IMG/VR virus record: IMGVR_UViG_3300030497_000008
Coordinates: 64,001-128,000 of that record
Direction: 5' to 3' (one strand)
Source: a virus
Length of the DNA: 64,000 nucleotides
A program made the translations under genes and the position numbers. A model generated the notes under the pieces. That model saw nothing but the letters and a program-made list of their open reading frames with translations. It ran no database searches and was not told the DNA's origin. Each line of letters opens with the position of its first letter. The first letter of the stretch is position 1. Below are positions 38,130 to 48,324 of this stretch, piece by piece.

Positions 38130-40028
38130 ATGAAGTGGATTAAACTAACCGTACAAAACTTCTTAGCGATTAACGAAGCTACGGTTGATTTAGATAATCA
38201 AGGATTAATCCTTATTGAGGGGGACAACCAGAGCGATGATAAATACGGCAGTAATGGTTCGGGTAAGAGTACATTAATACCTGAGTCAGTTGCATGGTGT
38301 TTATTTAATAAGATTTCTAAAGGGGCTAAAGCAGATGAAGTAGTCAACAATAAGATTGGCAAAGATACTATGGTCTCTTTAGAAGGTGAACTAGACGGTG
38401 ATACATACATAATTACAAGGTACAGAAAACATAGTAAGTTTGGTAATAAAGTAAAGGTGTCTCGTAACGGGACAGACATAACAGCAAAGACAGACCCAGA
38501 TACAAATAAACTTATCGAAAAGCTAGTAGGTGTTTCTCATCTAACATTCTTGAATAGTATTCTATTTGCTCAAGGCGGCGGTCTTGGTGCTTTTGCATCT
38601 TTAACAGACTCTAGCAAGAAAGAAATTCTAGATAGCATTCTAAAACTAGATGTCTACTCGAAGGCGCAAGAGATTGCTAAAGATATAGTAAAAGAGAGTC
38701 AAAAGAAGATTGACGAGAAAAACAAAGAGCTTGAGAAGTTAGACTGGGAGCTGCAACAAGTGGACAGGCTCGAACAGGAAGATATTAATCGATATGAGAG
38801 TACAAAACAATCACTTGCAGCAGAACGAGTAAATCTAGGAGAAGTCATCAAGCAACAGAATGATTATCCTGCACAGTACTTCGGTTTTGTAGAGCAGCAT
38901 CGAGACGAGATAATCAAGTTGAAAGAAAGTTTAGAAGAGATTGCTAACATCGATGTGTCTGTAGAAGAAGAGGCATATTTAGAAGCGTACGATAAATTGA
39001 ACAGTATGTCTAATAAAGAGAAAGAACTTACATATCAGAAGAACCAGCTTGTGAAAAACTACAAGCAATTAGACAGCTCGGATACGTGTCCGATGTGTGG
39101 TAACCCGATTGATACAACACATATCATAACAGAGCAGCAAGGTATTAGAAAGCAGCTTGAGCCAATCGTGTTAGAGTTACGAGAACTCGCTCAATTAAGA
39201 GACCAGTTGATAGCAGACTGTGATACGAAGAAAGCAGCTTATGAAGCTAAGAAAGTAGAGCAAAGTAAAGTTGTTATCAAGCAAAGTAGCATACATACAG
39301 AAATTCAAAATAAAGAATCATACATACGTACATACGAAAATAATCTACAGAAGCTTAAGCATAATGTAGAGATTGTGAAATCAAATATTGAAAAGTTAAG
39401 CACAGTCACAGAGCCGAAGAAACGTGATGATGAACGTGCAATAATCGAAGAGAAAATTAAAGTAGCTAAAAAAGAACTTGTTGCTCTGGAACTCGATAAG
39501 AAAGAGAACGAGGACGTTGTTAAAGTATACTCCAATGAGGGAGTTAAGTCTCATGTATTAGACCTGATTACACCAGTATTAAATGAAAAAGGTAACAAGT
39601 ACCTAAAACAATTGGCTGGGGAGAACATGGAGCTTGAGTTTAGTACGCGAACACTGAAAAAGGACAAGACATATTCAGATAAGTTCGATGTTAAACTGAT
39701 GAACCATGTGGGCGGAGACAATTATAAATTAAATTCAGGCGGCGAACGCAAGCGCGCGGACTTGGCTATCTCTCTAGCATTACAAGATTTAATAGCATCA
39801 CATACAAACTTTATTGTATACGATGAAGTGTTCGATGCGCTAGACGACGTAGGTATCGAATCAGTATTAGAGTTATTAAAAGAACGTGCGAAGGTTATTG
39901 GTACAGTATTTGTTATTACACAAAGCAGCCACTTTAAAGCGTTATTTGAAAAGGTTATTACAATTACGAAGGATAAACACGGAATTTCAAGAATAAACAA
40001 AGGAGATAAAATGGATGAAGGTAATTAA
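38130..40028 (+). CDS. SbcC/Rad50-like ATPase
   Basis: GSNGSGKS Walker A, CPMC zinc hook, SGGE signature, VYDEVFDALD. Confidence 0.93.
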   Translation: MKWIKLTVQNFLAINEATVDLDNQGLILIEGDNQSDDKYGSNGSGKSTLIPESVAWCLFNKISKGAKADEVVNNKIGKDTMVSLEGELDGDTYIITRYRKHSKFGNKVKVSRNGTDITAKTDPDTNKLIEKLVGVSHLTFLNSILFAQGGGLGAFASLTDSSKKEILDSILKLDVYSKAQEIAKDIVKESQKKIDEKNKELEKLDWELQQVDRLEQEDINRYESTKQSLAAERVNLGEVIKQQNDYPAQYFGFVEQHRDEIIKLKESLEEIANIDVSVEEEAYLEAYDKLNSMSNKEKELTYQKNQLVKNYKQLDSSDTCPMCGNPIDTTHIITEQQGIRKQLEPIVLELRELAQLRDQLIADCDTKKAAYEAKKVEQSKVVIKQSSIHTEIQNKESYIRTYENNLQKLKHNVEIVKSNIEKLSTVTEPKKRDDERAIIEEKIKVAKKELVALELDKKENEDVVKVYSNEGVKSHVLDLITPVLNEKGNKYLKQLAGENMELEFSTRTLKKDKTYSDKFDVKLMNHVGGDNYKLNSGGERKRADLAISLALQDLIASHTNFIVYDEVFDALDDVGIESVLELLKERAKVIGTVFVITQSSHFKALFEKVITITKDKHGISRINKGDKMDEGN

Positions 40029-40626
40029 TTATAGTGAAGAGGAGATTCTATTACTACTAGAAAGCACAGCTAAAGTGGATGACGGGGAGGCTAAAGAAGA
40101 GGTTGAAATCATTCTACCTAAAGATAATATCATCTACTGGTATCCACTGAACATGAACTATGAATACAAGTTCTCAGATGCGAAACAAATCATGTATCTA
40201 ACATTAGATTCAATGAGCGAGGACGACAGCTACTCAGTTAAGAAAGCGAAACGAGCAAAACCATTACCAATTAAAGATGGAGTTCCGTACAAAGACGATG
40301 TGTTCTTAAGCAACAGAGCGACATTAAAGTGGGGTAGACGACAAGGATTTATCGATTACGATAAGAACTACAACTTCATTGGAGATAACGTAGAATCTAC
40401 GAAATTAGTATTATCTGCTGTAACAGCATTAAGAGAGAAGCTTACCACTCGTTATATCGAGAAGGAAGGTAATAAATCAGGTCTTGATGTGGAAGATGGT
40501 ATCGGTTTAAGTCTATTTACAGACGAACAGGTATATCAGCTTGCTAATAAAAAAGAACGAGCAGAAATCAAATTACTAGGAGAAGTTTATACATACTTAC
40601 GTGTCATGTACAGAGCTAACGCATAA
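40015..40626 (+). CDS. Conserved Herelleviridae protein between SbcC and primase
   Basis: Synteny; IIYWYP motif. Confidence 0.7.
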   Translation: MKVINYSEEEILLLLESTAKVDDGEAKEEVEIILPKDNIIYWYPLNMNYEYKFSDAKQIMYLTLDSMSEDDSYSVKKAKRAKPLPIKDGVPYKDDVFLSNRATLKWGRRQGFIDYDKNYNFIGDNVESTKLVLSAVTALREKLTTRYIEKEGNKSGLDVEDGIGLSLFTDEQVYQLANKKERAEIKLLGEVYTYLRVMYRANA

Positions 40627-40637
40627 GAGGTGAGATA

Positions 40638-41720
40638 ATGTTTATTGATTTACTTGAACAAGAATTAGGAGATAGTAAGCCCGCTTCTGGTGGCGAGATA
40701 CGATTCAATTGTCCGTTCTGCGGTAATGAGAAATATAAATTCTATGTAGATGAGAGTCCTAAAGGTGGATGGCAATGTAAAAGATGTGGAGAGTCTGGAT
40801 ATCCGATTGCATTTGTTATGAAACTATATGGAGTAGACTACAAAGAAGCAAAAGATATCTTAGAAGTTTATGATTATCATGTAGGAGATTATAACGGAGA
40901 AAACATGTCTCACTCTAAGTACGGAGCACACTTAACCGAAGAAGAGCAAGTACTTCTGTTTATAGCGAATCAAGGAGACGTTATTCATGAGGAGCAAGAC
41001 CAGCGTGTAAAGTTAACTTGCCCTCGACCACCTACGAATTGCAAGTCATTATTAGAGAACTTCAATAATCCAGAGGCTTTCCCATTCCTTACATACTTAC
41101 ATGGACGTGGAGTTACATTAGAGCAAATTAAACATCACAACATCTGTTACGTGACGGATGGGGTTTCGACATTAACAAATGGGAAAGAACTTCGATTAAT
41201 CAATCATTTAGTATTCTTTGCGTTTGACAACAATGGTAAGGCGATATACTGGAATACACGCTCTATAGAACCTAAACCATTCCTTAAGAGTTTGAACGCC
41301 CCAGCGAAGCCTACAGAGTATTCTAAGGCAACAGTGGTTATGAACTTGAATAGAGCTAGGCACAAAGATAAGATTGTGATTGTGGAAGGTTTCTTTAATA
41401 TGATTACGATAGGTAACGAAGCGGTCGTAACGTACGGGAAACAAGTATCTAAATCTCAGATTGAGAAGATATTAAAAGATACGAAAACAAAGCAGCCGCC
41501 GATTTACATTTACCTAGATAGAGACGGATGGGAAGAAGCTATTAAAGTAGCAACTAAAATCCATGAAGTGGATTCTAACAGAGCGGTCTACTATGTGTAC
41601 AACGAAGATGATAGAGACCCGAATGAACTAGGTTATACAGAAGCTTGGAATCGTATTAACAATGCCATACCTGCTGATACAGAGGGTGAGACGATATGGC
41701 GAACACTACATTTACTTTAG
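40638..41720 (+). CDS. DNA primase
   Basis: CPFC..CKRC zinc finger, YLHGRG, IVIVEGFF..YLDRDG..DPNE TOPRIM. Confidence 0.92.
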   Translation: MFIDLLEQELGDSKPASGGEIRFNCPFCGNEKYKFYVDESPKGGWQCKRCGESGYPIAFVMKLYGVDYKEAKDILEVYDYHVGDYNGENMSHSKYGAHLTEEEQVLLFIANQGDVIHEEQDQRVKLTCPRPPTNCKSLLENFNNPEAFPFLTYLHGRGVTLEQIKHHNICYVTDGVSTLTNGKELRLINHLVFFAFDNNGKAIYWNTRSIEPKPFLKSLNAPAKPTEYSKATVVMNLNRARHKDKIVIVEGFFNMITIGNEAVVTYGKQVSKSQIEKILKDTKTKQPPIYIYLDRDGWEEAIKVATKIHEVDSNRAVYYVYNEDDRDPNELGYTEAWNRINNAIPADTEGETIWRTLHLL

Positions 41721-41972
41721 GAGGTTAGTATGAAAGAGGGGTACTTATTTAAAAGAAGTATGGCTTTATCGTGCGAAGAATATCCACAAAATGATGTGGT
41801 ATTCGCAGAGTATAGAGATGGGGATTTAATAATAGAGATTAGAGTGTACGACGATGAAGATAGATACGTAGGCGCTACGGAAGGTACGGTGCGTATAGAC
41901 GATTTAGTTGAGTGGCTGTATAAAGGTGGTCATTTCGATAAAATTATAGAAACTTACTAGGAGGTTAGTATG
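41718..41972 (+). repeat. 15-bp direct repeat TAGGAGGTTAGTATG (41718-41732 and 41958-41972)
   Basis: Exact repeats, 240 bp apart, each forming stop + SD + start. Confidence 0.85.
41730..41960 (+). CDS. Small acidic hypothetical protein
   Basis: GGAGG SD. Confidence 0.75.
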   Translation: MKEGYLFKRSMALSCEEYPQNDVVFAEYRDGDLIIEIRVYDDEDRYVGATEGTVRIDDLVEWLYKGGHFDKIIETY

Positions 41973-42095
41973 GACAGACGATTATGGTTAGCAATGGCTG
42001 AGAGGTTACGAGAGATAGCGGATAATACTGCTGATGTAGTAACAGGCGAAGAACTAGACGAAATAATTGACAAAATATACGAACAATTTCTATAA
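41970..42095 (+). CDS. 41-aa hypothetical protein (not in ORF track)
   Basis: MDRRLWLAMAERLREIADNTADVVTGEELDEIIDKIYEQFL*, GGAGG SD. Confidence 0.7.
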   Translation: MDRRLWLAMAERLREIADNTADVVTGEELDEIIDKIYEQFL

Positions 42096-42101
42096 AACTC
42101 G

Positions 42102-42130
42102 TTGACAATCTATCAAATAAGTGATATACT
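42102..42130 (+). promoter_or_regulatory. Sigma-A promoter of dUTPase operon
   Basis: TTGACA-N17-TATACT with TG extension. Confidence 0.85.
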
Positions 42131-42165
42131 TATAGATGTAAATAAATAAGAGGAGGAAATACATA

Positions 42166-43068
42166 ATGACTGATGAATTGAAAGTATCAAAAGAACCACT
42201 TACACTTACGGTTGGTAATATCATGCCAAAGGAGTTATCTGAGTTAATCGGAGAGAAATCAGACGAAGGTGAATTAAAACGTTATCCAGATAGCGTAAAA
42301 GTAGATATCGTTATTGGTGACGGTTACTTACCTGAGAACGCTCATGGTAATGACTTCTGTGATGATATCCGTGCAGCAGAAGGACGCTTAGTTCCACCTA
42401 GTACATTTGGTTCTGTTCTAGTTCCTACGGGATTGAAAACAGCTTTCTCAGATAGATACGGAATGAAAGCAAATACCCGAAGCGGTTCTGCATATCATAC
42501 ACCGATTATGTTATCGAATTGCACAGGTATTATTGAAGGTACATATCGAGGATACTTAGGTATTCTATTACGCAACGTCTTTATTGATTCTACGTTAGTA
42601 GACTTTGTTATGGACTCTAAAGGTAAACGAATCCCATTATCAGAAGTTCCATCAGAGGTTCTTGAGAACGCTCGTGAATTCTATGAAAAAGATTCCGAGA
42701 CATTAGGTTATGACAAACCTAGCACTATGGAAGACTTCAATAAAGAGCTAGAATCTTGGAAGAAACGTAAAGCTGCTGGGGAGTTTGCTATCTCTCGACT
42801 TACAGAAATTCGTAAGAAACTTGACGCTGGAAAACAATTAACAATGCGCGAGAAGGATGCATTGCTAGACCAAAAAGCTCCACAACCAACATCGCAGCAA
42901 CGCCTATTTGTAGACTTAGTACCTCGTGGGACTATCTACATCGAAAAAGGAGAGCGTATCGCTCAAATTCATTATCAACCAAGAATCCACGCGATTTACA
43001 ACGAAGTGGACGAGCTAGATGAGACTAAACGCGGAGACAGCTCATATGGTGGTACAGGTCGCCTATGA
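42166..43068 (+). CDS. dut: Trimeric dUTPase with large internal insertion
   Basis: VPTGL, RSG, GIIEGTYRG, GERIAQ, RGDSSYGGTG motifs. Confidence 0.85.
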   Translation: MTDELKVSKEPLTLTVGNIMPKELSELIGEKSDEGELKRYPDSVKVDIVIGDGYLPENAHGNDFCDDIRAAEGRLVPPSTFGSVLVPTGLKTAFSDRYGMKANTRSGSAYHTPIMLSNCTGIIEGTYRGYLGILLRNVFIDSTLVDFVMDSKGKRIPLSEVPSEVLENAREFYEKDSETLGYDKPSTMEDFNKELESWKKRKAAGEFAISRLTEIRKKLDAGKQLTMREKDALLDQKAPQPTSQQRLFVDLVPRGTIYIEKGERIAQIHYQPRIHAIYNEVDELDETKRGDSSYGGTGRL

Positions 43069-43334
43069 TTACACTATGCGTAATTGGTTACGTGCTATTA
43101 TCTCTAGTTATCTACTACAACTATTGGAAAGAAAACTATGATAGAGACCGCAAGGAGTGGATTATGAAAGAGTCCGCAAAGAAAGGTATATGGATTTCTT
43201 TCTCTGTAATCCCAATACTATTGTTGGGTATGGGAGTTGTTTGCGGGATTTTAATTTTAGGGTTCTTGCTAGTAGGGCTAGTAGTAGGTTGGGTTGTAGA
43301 TTTAGTTATGTGGATTTTAACAACTATGCCATAG
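43065..43334 (+). CDS. Small membrane protein
   Basis: N-terminal and long C-terminal hydrophobic stretches. Confidence 0.7.
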   Translation: MITLCVIGYVLLSLVIYYNYWKENYDRDRKEWIMKESAKKGIWISFSVIPILLLGMGVVCGILILGFLLVGLVVGWVVDLVMWILTTMP

Positions 43335-43346
43335 AGGAGGATACAC

Positions 43347-43634
43347 ATGCAGACTAAAGTTACTGATTACATAGAGGCGATTATCGCAGCGAAATTAGCT
43401 AATGATGGTAAAACTCTCATGCATCTTCGTGAGGGCGCGAAAGGTGAAGTGGTAGACCTGTACGATGTAGCAGAAGCTATCTTTGACGTAACAAACGACA
43501 TCATTATACATATTGATACATCACAAGCTATTAACGAAGCTAGACTTAGATTGATAGTAGATAAACTATCAGAAGATATAAAACTCAACATCTACGACGC
43601 CTTCGATGAGCGCGGAGATGAACTATTTAAATAA
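43347..43634 (+). CDS. Hypothetical protein
   Basis: GAGGAGG SD; conserved position before resolvase. Confidence 0.75.
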   Translation: MQTKVTDYIEAIIAAKLANDGKTLMHLREGAKGEVVDLYDVAEAIFDVTNDIIIHIDTSQAINEARLRLIVDKLSEDIKLNIYDAFDERGDELFK

Positions 43635-43652
43635 AAGGAGACTAATACACAC

Positions 43653-44075
43653 ATGGGTAAAACATTAACAAATTCACAATTAACAAAAGCGGTAGATACG
43701 CTGCAAGAAGAAATCGCGATTATGCAAGGTTCATTATCTCTAGAGGACATGAAAACATATATTGAATACTTACACTCAGGTGTCGTAACATCGGAAGAGC
43801 ATGCAGCAGTTATCCGACGCCTTTCACAAGAACCAGCATCTATTGAGGATGCTACACTAATCGCTCGATTCTCTTTAACTCAAATCTTGGACGAGCTAGA
43901 AAACAAACTTACAGAAGTTATGAAAACAGTTCAAATCCAAGGTAAAGTACTTAAGAAACTAGGTGCTACAGAAGAAATGATTGACGAAGCAGCAGCAGAA
44001 CACGCGCAGCAAGTAGCAGAGATGTTAAAGTTAGTAGATGCTAAAGCAGAAGAACAAAAACCTGAGGAGAACTAA
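43653..44075 (+). CDS. Hypothetical helical protein
   Basis: AAGGAG SD; conserved position before resolvase. Confidence 0.75.
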   Translation: MGKTLTNSQLTKAVDTLQEEIAIMQGSLSLEDMKTYIEYLHSGVVTSEEHAAVIRRLSQEPASIEDATLIARFSLTQILDELENKLTEVMKTVQIQGKVLKKLGATEEMIDEAAAEHAQQVAEMLKLVDAKAEEQKPEEN

Positions 44076-44101
44076 TCTCCTCTCCTTTAAGGAGGTTCAC
44101 C

Positions 44102-44299
44102 ATGCATAGGTATAACAAATTAATACTAGAAGTGTTAGTTATTGGTGATGAATTAGGATTGGTTAAGGGTGAACGATATCCTGTATGCGAGATTAGCCCT
44201 ATATGGGACGGATGGATATCGATTCAAGAAATAGATTATAGAAAACATATGCATATCAGCAATAAAAATATTATAGTATACGGGAAAGGAGTTCGTTGA
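44102..44299 (+). CDS. Hypothetical protein
   Basis: AAGGAGG SD. Confidence 0.65.
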   Translation: MHRYNKLILEVLVIGDELGLVKGERYPVCEISPIWDGWISIQEIDYRKHMHISNKNIIVYGKGVR

Positions 44300-44863
44300 T
44301 TGGCTAGTCAAGGTCGTGGCGCTAAACAGAAAGGCGCATCAGCAGAATTAAAAATCGCTAAGATTCTTGGTGAATGGAGTGGCGAGAACGTACATAGAGT
44401 ACCTCAGTCAGGTGCAGGAGGTACACGATTCGGAACAGACACACGAATGGTAGGAGACATCACATTCCCTGTAAATAGTCAGAACTGTTTCGTATATGAA
44501 TCGAAGAAACAAGAAGGTTGGGAATTAGCTAACTTGTTCAAAGGTACAGGTAAGATTAAGGAATGGTTTAATCAGGTAGTAGACGATGCTAGACGTATGA
44601 AATCGCTAGGCATGTCACCTTGTCTGATGTTCTCTAAAAATAGAGATATAATCTATGTACTTATCCCCTACACAGATGAGTTTTACGAAGTGTTAGATAA
44701 GAGTTTCCCAGTGTCTAGACAGACAGTTTCCTATAAAGACTTCCGTGATGAGGAGCAATCGTTCGATACTCTTCTAACAACAATTGAAGGATTCACATCG
44801 GTAGACAAATATTGGTTGTTTGACTTATATCGCAACCTAGAGTGGGATATTCGAAATAACTAG
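44300..44863 (+). CDS. Holliday junction resolvase (PD-(D/E)xK)
   Basis: KQKGASAELKIAK..RVPQSGA..GDI..YESKKQE..WFNQ. Confidence 0.88.
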   Translation: MASQGRGAKQKGASAELKIAKILGEWSGENVHRVPQSGAGGTRFGTDTRMVGDITFPVNSQNCFVYESKKQEGWELANLFKGTGKIKEWFNQVVDDARRMKSLGMSPCLMFSKNRDIIYVLIPYTDEFYEVLDKSFPVSRQTVSYKDFRDEEQSFDTLLTTIEGFTSVDKYWLFDLYRNLEWDIRNN

Positions 44864-44913
44864 TCGAAGTATTATATTATGTATCATGAAAAAAGAAAGA
44901 GGGGATTTATTGA

Positions 44914-47235
44914 ATGACGGTTATTACCAAAAATAGAGAGTCTTATGTCCAAGAGAAAGAATTTGATGCAACACGTTTTGTGGACTTCGTTGATAGTATT
45001 ATCGATGAGACAAAAGACAAAGAGAAATTGAATTCAGAAGAGCTGCAAGAAATTACGGATACAGTACTTTCGTTTGTATCTGCTAAAAAACAAGTAGACG
45101 CATCATCATTATTTACATATCTAATTCGTGAAGCACAAGCACGAGTTACAACAGACAATCTAGAATTACTTAACTTTACAGCAGCAGTATTTTTACGTTC
45201 CATGTACAAGGAAGCTAGTAAACTACGAGGCTTCAACTATAAGGATGGTTATGGAGACTACGCTTCACACGTAGTAGCGATGGTAGAGCGAGGCAAATAC
45301 TCTCAAGTTCTATTAGACGCATATACTCGTGAAGAACTAGAAGAAGCTGGCAAGCTTATCAAGATGGAAAAAGATAAGATGTTCAGTCACAGTGGACTTC
45401 AAACACTTAAGAAAACATTCTTAATACATAATGATAAAGGTAAGTTAGTAGAACTTCCTCAAGAGCGTTTCCTAACAGTAGCGCTATACTTAATGCATAA
45501 AGAAGATAAAGAAAAACGTATGGACTTCGTACGCGAAGCTTACTACGTACTATCAGAACACTATGTTGGGTTAGCAACACCGACACTTAAAAATGCTGGT
45601 GCGCCACATGGCTCATTATCATCTTGTCACATTTTAACAATGGACGATACATTAGAAAGTATCTTCGATGTTATTAAACAGATTGCTAAGTTCTCTCGTG
45701 AAGGTTCGGGTATCGGTATCTTCGGAGGATTCTTACGTGCTCGTGGTTCTCGTATCCGTGGAGTGAAAGTTACAAACAATGGTATTTTACACCCTGCTCG
45801 TCTATTATCAGTACTAGCAGAGTATGTAGACCAGACAGGAACGCGTAAAGCTGGAGTAGCATTATACCTTCCTGTGTGGCATGCAGATATCATGGACTTC
45901 CTAGAGTTACGATTGAAGACAGGTACGCAAGAGAAACGCGCTCACTCTATTACAACAGGAGTTACATTGCCTGATGAATTTATGAGACGTTTACGTGATG
46001 GCGGAGTATTCACAGTGTTTGACCCTTATGAAGTTAAACAAAAGCTTGGTATCGACTTGAATAAGCAATACGACAAGAAGATTCTTAAGAAAGGTGAAAC
46101 ACCAAACCCTATCGACCATGCATTTACATACTGGTATCGTGAAGCTGAGAAATTAGATTTAGAGATTAAAACAGTATTGAGTGTAAAAGATATCTACAAG
46201 AAAATCTTCATAGCTCGTAGAACTGGTGGAACACCGTACTTATACTTCTCAGATACAAGCGCTCGTTTGAATCCGAACGAACATGAAGGTATGCCTTACG
46301 GTTCTAACTTATGTACGGAAATCATCATGAACATGTCTTACGATGATGTTATCAATGATGGTGAAGATGAAGAAGGATTCGTAGTATACAAAGTAAAACA
46401 CGGTGACCTTGTAACATGTAACTTAAGCTCTACAGCAGCTCATCGTACACACTACTTATCTGACGAAGAATTCCAGCGAGTAGTTAACATTCAAATGCGT
46501 ATGCTCGATAATGTTATCACAATGGGGCGTTTAGTAGTTGGTCAAGCAGTTAAGACAAATAACAAATATCGTGCTGTTGGTGCGGGCGTACTAGGTATGG
46601 CTACATTGCTTACAGACTTAGGTATTAGTTGGGAGTCTAACGAAGCAACAGAGTTCGTAGGGGAGTTCTATAAGCGCTATCTAAAAGCGAAATTGATTGC
46701 TTCTCACGAGTTAGCAGTAGAGAAAGGTTCATATCCACTGTTTGAGGGCTCTGATTGGCAGACAGGAGCGTTCTTCGATAAACGAGGGTTTACGGGCTCT
46801 GAATGGGATGAATACCGTGAGATGGCTTCTAAGGGTATCCGTTTCGGGTATCACTCTGCGACAGCTCCTACAGCAACAAACAGTATTGTTGTAAATGGCT
46901 CTCCTTCGATTGACCCACTCTATAATGTAGTGTACAACGAAGCGAAAGCTGGAGTGCAAGTTCTTATTGCTCCACCTAACTACAACAATAAAACAAAATG
47001 GTTCTACAAGTCAGGGTTTGAGATGGACGAGATGTGGTCTATTAATCACGTAGCGGCTGCTCAATTATATACTGACCAAGGAATCTCTCATAACATGCAC
47101 GTGTCTAGTAAAATCAAAGGCTCTGAAATGCTTCGATTAGACTTAGCTGCATGGGAGAAAGGTTTAAAAACAATCTACTATACTCATACAGAGGATAGAG
47201 AGAAACCAGCAGATTGCATTATGTGTGCAGGTTAA
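44914..47235 (+). CDS. nrdA: Class I ribonucleotide reductase alpha subunit
   Basis: ATPTLKNAG..LSSC, GTRKAG, GSNLCTEI, TCNL, APTAT, DQGIS, KTIYY, C-terminal CIMC; degenerate ATP-cone-like N-terminus. Confidence 0.95.
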   Translation: MTVITKNRESYVQEKEFDATRFVDFVDSIIDETKDKEKLNSEELQEITDTVLSFVSAKKQVDASSLFTYLIREAQARVTTDNLELLNFTAAVFLRSMYKEASKLRGFNYKDGYGDYASHVVAMVERGKYSQVLLDAYTREELEEAGKLIKMEKDKMFSHSGLQTLKKTFLIHNDKGKLVELPQERFLTVALYLMHKEDKEKRMDFVREAYYVLSEHYVGLATPTLKNAGAPHGSLSSCHILTMDDTLESIFDVIKQIAKFSREGSGIGIFGGFLRARGSRIRGVKVTNNGILHPARLLSVLAEYVDQTGTRKAGVALYLPVWHADIMDFLELRLKTGTQEKRAHSITTGVTLPDEFMRRLRDGGVFTVFDPYEVKQKLGIDLNKQYDKKILKKGETPNPIDHAFTYWYREAEKLDLEIKTVLSVKDIYKKIFIARRTGGTPYLYFSDTSARLNPNEHEGMPYGSNLCTEIIMNMSYDDVINDGEDEEGFVVYKVKHGDLVTCNLSSTAAHRTHYLSDEEFQRVVNIQMRMLDNVITMGRLVVGQAVKTNNKYRAVGAGVLGMATLLTDLGISWESNEATEFVGEFYKRYLKAKLIASHELAVEKGSYPLFEGSDWQTGAFFDKRGFTGSEWDEYREMASKGIRFGYHSATAPTATNSIVVNGSPSIDPLYNVVYNEAKAGVQVLIAPPNYNNKTKWFYKSGFEMDEMWSINHVAAAQLYTDQGISHNMHVSSKIKGSEMLRLDLAAWEKGLKTIYYTHTEDREKPADCIMCAG

Positions 47236-47236
47236 C

Positions 47237-47428
47237 ATGAGATTTAAGCTAAAGAACCATTCTGATAACATTGGGACAGGGGAACGAAAAGTAACACAGT
47301 TCCTCTGGTTGCCTAAGCTTATCGGTAAGGAGTGGAGATGGTTGGAGACAACCTCTTATATTCAAATCTATCAGTTCGGTGTGTGGGAAAATCTTAGCTG
47401 GGCGGATGATAAATCTAGTAAAAAGTAA
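47237..47428 (+). CDS. Small Trp-rich hypothetical protein
   Basis: FLWLPK.IG.EWRWLE pattern. Confidence 0.65.
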   Translation: MRFKLKNHSDNIGTGERKVTQFLWLPKLIGKEWRWLETTSYIQIYQFGVWENLSWADDKSSKK

Positions 47429-47457
47429 TTGACAAAAAAGACAGAATAGTGTAAAAT
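47429..47457 (+). promoter_or_regulatory. Sigma-A promoter inside the nrdA-nrdB interval
   Basis: TTGACA-N17-TAAAAT. Confidence 0.8.
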
Positions 47458-47524
47458 ATTACTTGTAAGAGTGAGTACTTATAGTAATATCTTACGCTAT
47501 TTTTATTTATAAGGAGGAGAAGAG

Positions 47525-47797
47525 ATGGAGTACGCTAAAGTTAGTGGAAAGAATGTAGTTATTACGTTACCTATCGATTTACTTCAAGTAGCTTTCGATA
47601 ATAATCCTAATAACTATGACGAAGAGCTTAAGGTGAAATTTAAACGTAAGTTTGCACAAGGGTTTGTAGATTTAGTTAACAATGGTTATGAAGATAGCGA
47701 GACGGGGTTAACCGTGTTCCAAGAGTGGATTGATTCTATCTTCAACGAAATGGTTGACAGTGACGCTGGTTATATTAAATATCCTAAGGAGGACTAA
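47525..47797 (+). CDS. Hypothetical protein
   Basis: AAGGAGG SD. Confidence 0.75.
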   Translation: MEYAKVSGKNVVITLPIDLLQVAFDNNPNNYDEELKVKFKRKFAQGFVDLVNNGYEDSETGLTVFQEWIDSIFNEMVDSDAGYIKYPKED

Positions 47798-47798
47798 A

Positions 47799-48077
47799 AT
47801 GAGAGAGATTAGTTTAGAACAAGGCAAGTATACTATTGTAGTAGACTTTGATAACGGTGTGTTTAAAGCTTTACGTTATGGTGAAGAGTGGCAAAACTTA
47901 ATGGGGGACAAGCTTACGTTAGCTTTAATTCATGAGTTGGAACACACGAAAGAACGCTTAAGTGAGGCGGAGGATTTATTGGGTGACGCTCATAGTTTGA
48001 TGGGTAATGTGCATTGCTATGATACAGAAGAGGCGCATGCGATTAACGCATTCCTGTATGGTGACTCTAATGAGTGA
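47799..48077 (+). CDS. Hypothetical protein
   Basis: AAGGAGG SD at ATG 47799; GKYT..ALRYGEEW..GD motif. Confidence 0.75.
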   Translation: MREISLEQGKYTIVVDFDNGVFKALRYGEEWQNLMGDKLTLALIHELEHTKERLSEAEDLLGDAHSLMGNVHCYDTEEAHAINAFLYGDSNE

Positions 48078-48324
48078 TGCGATTACTTTATGGGGAGAAT
48101 TCGTTGTAAGAAGAATCACAAAACGAACAGGTGCAGCAGCTTTCAAGCATATAAAAGTAAATGATGTTATCAAGTTTGTGTGGGATTTAAATGGTTCTTA
48201 TGCATCAACAGCTCCTAAAGTCAAGGTATTTGTAAATGATAAATACGTAGATGAGAAGAGTGCAACAAATCTTAAGAACATTTTATATAATTTCGAACTG
48301 GAGGGTATTGATGATGTCATCTAA
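48070..48324 (+). CDS. Hypothetical protein
   Basis: Coupled ORF (track 48007..48324), ATG 48070 preferred. Confidence 0.65.
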   Translation: MSDAITLWGEFVVRRITKRTGAAAFKHIKVNDVIKFVWDLNGSYASTAPKVKVFVNDKYVDEKSATNLKNILYNFELEGIDDVI

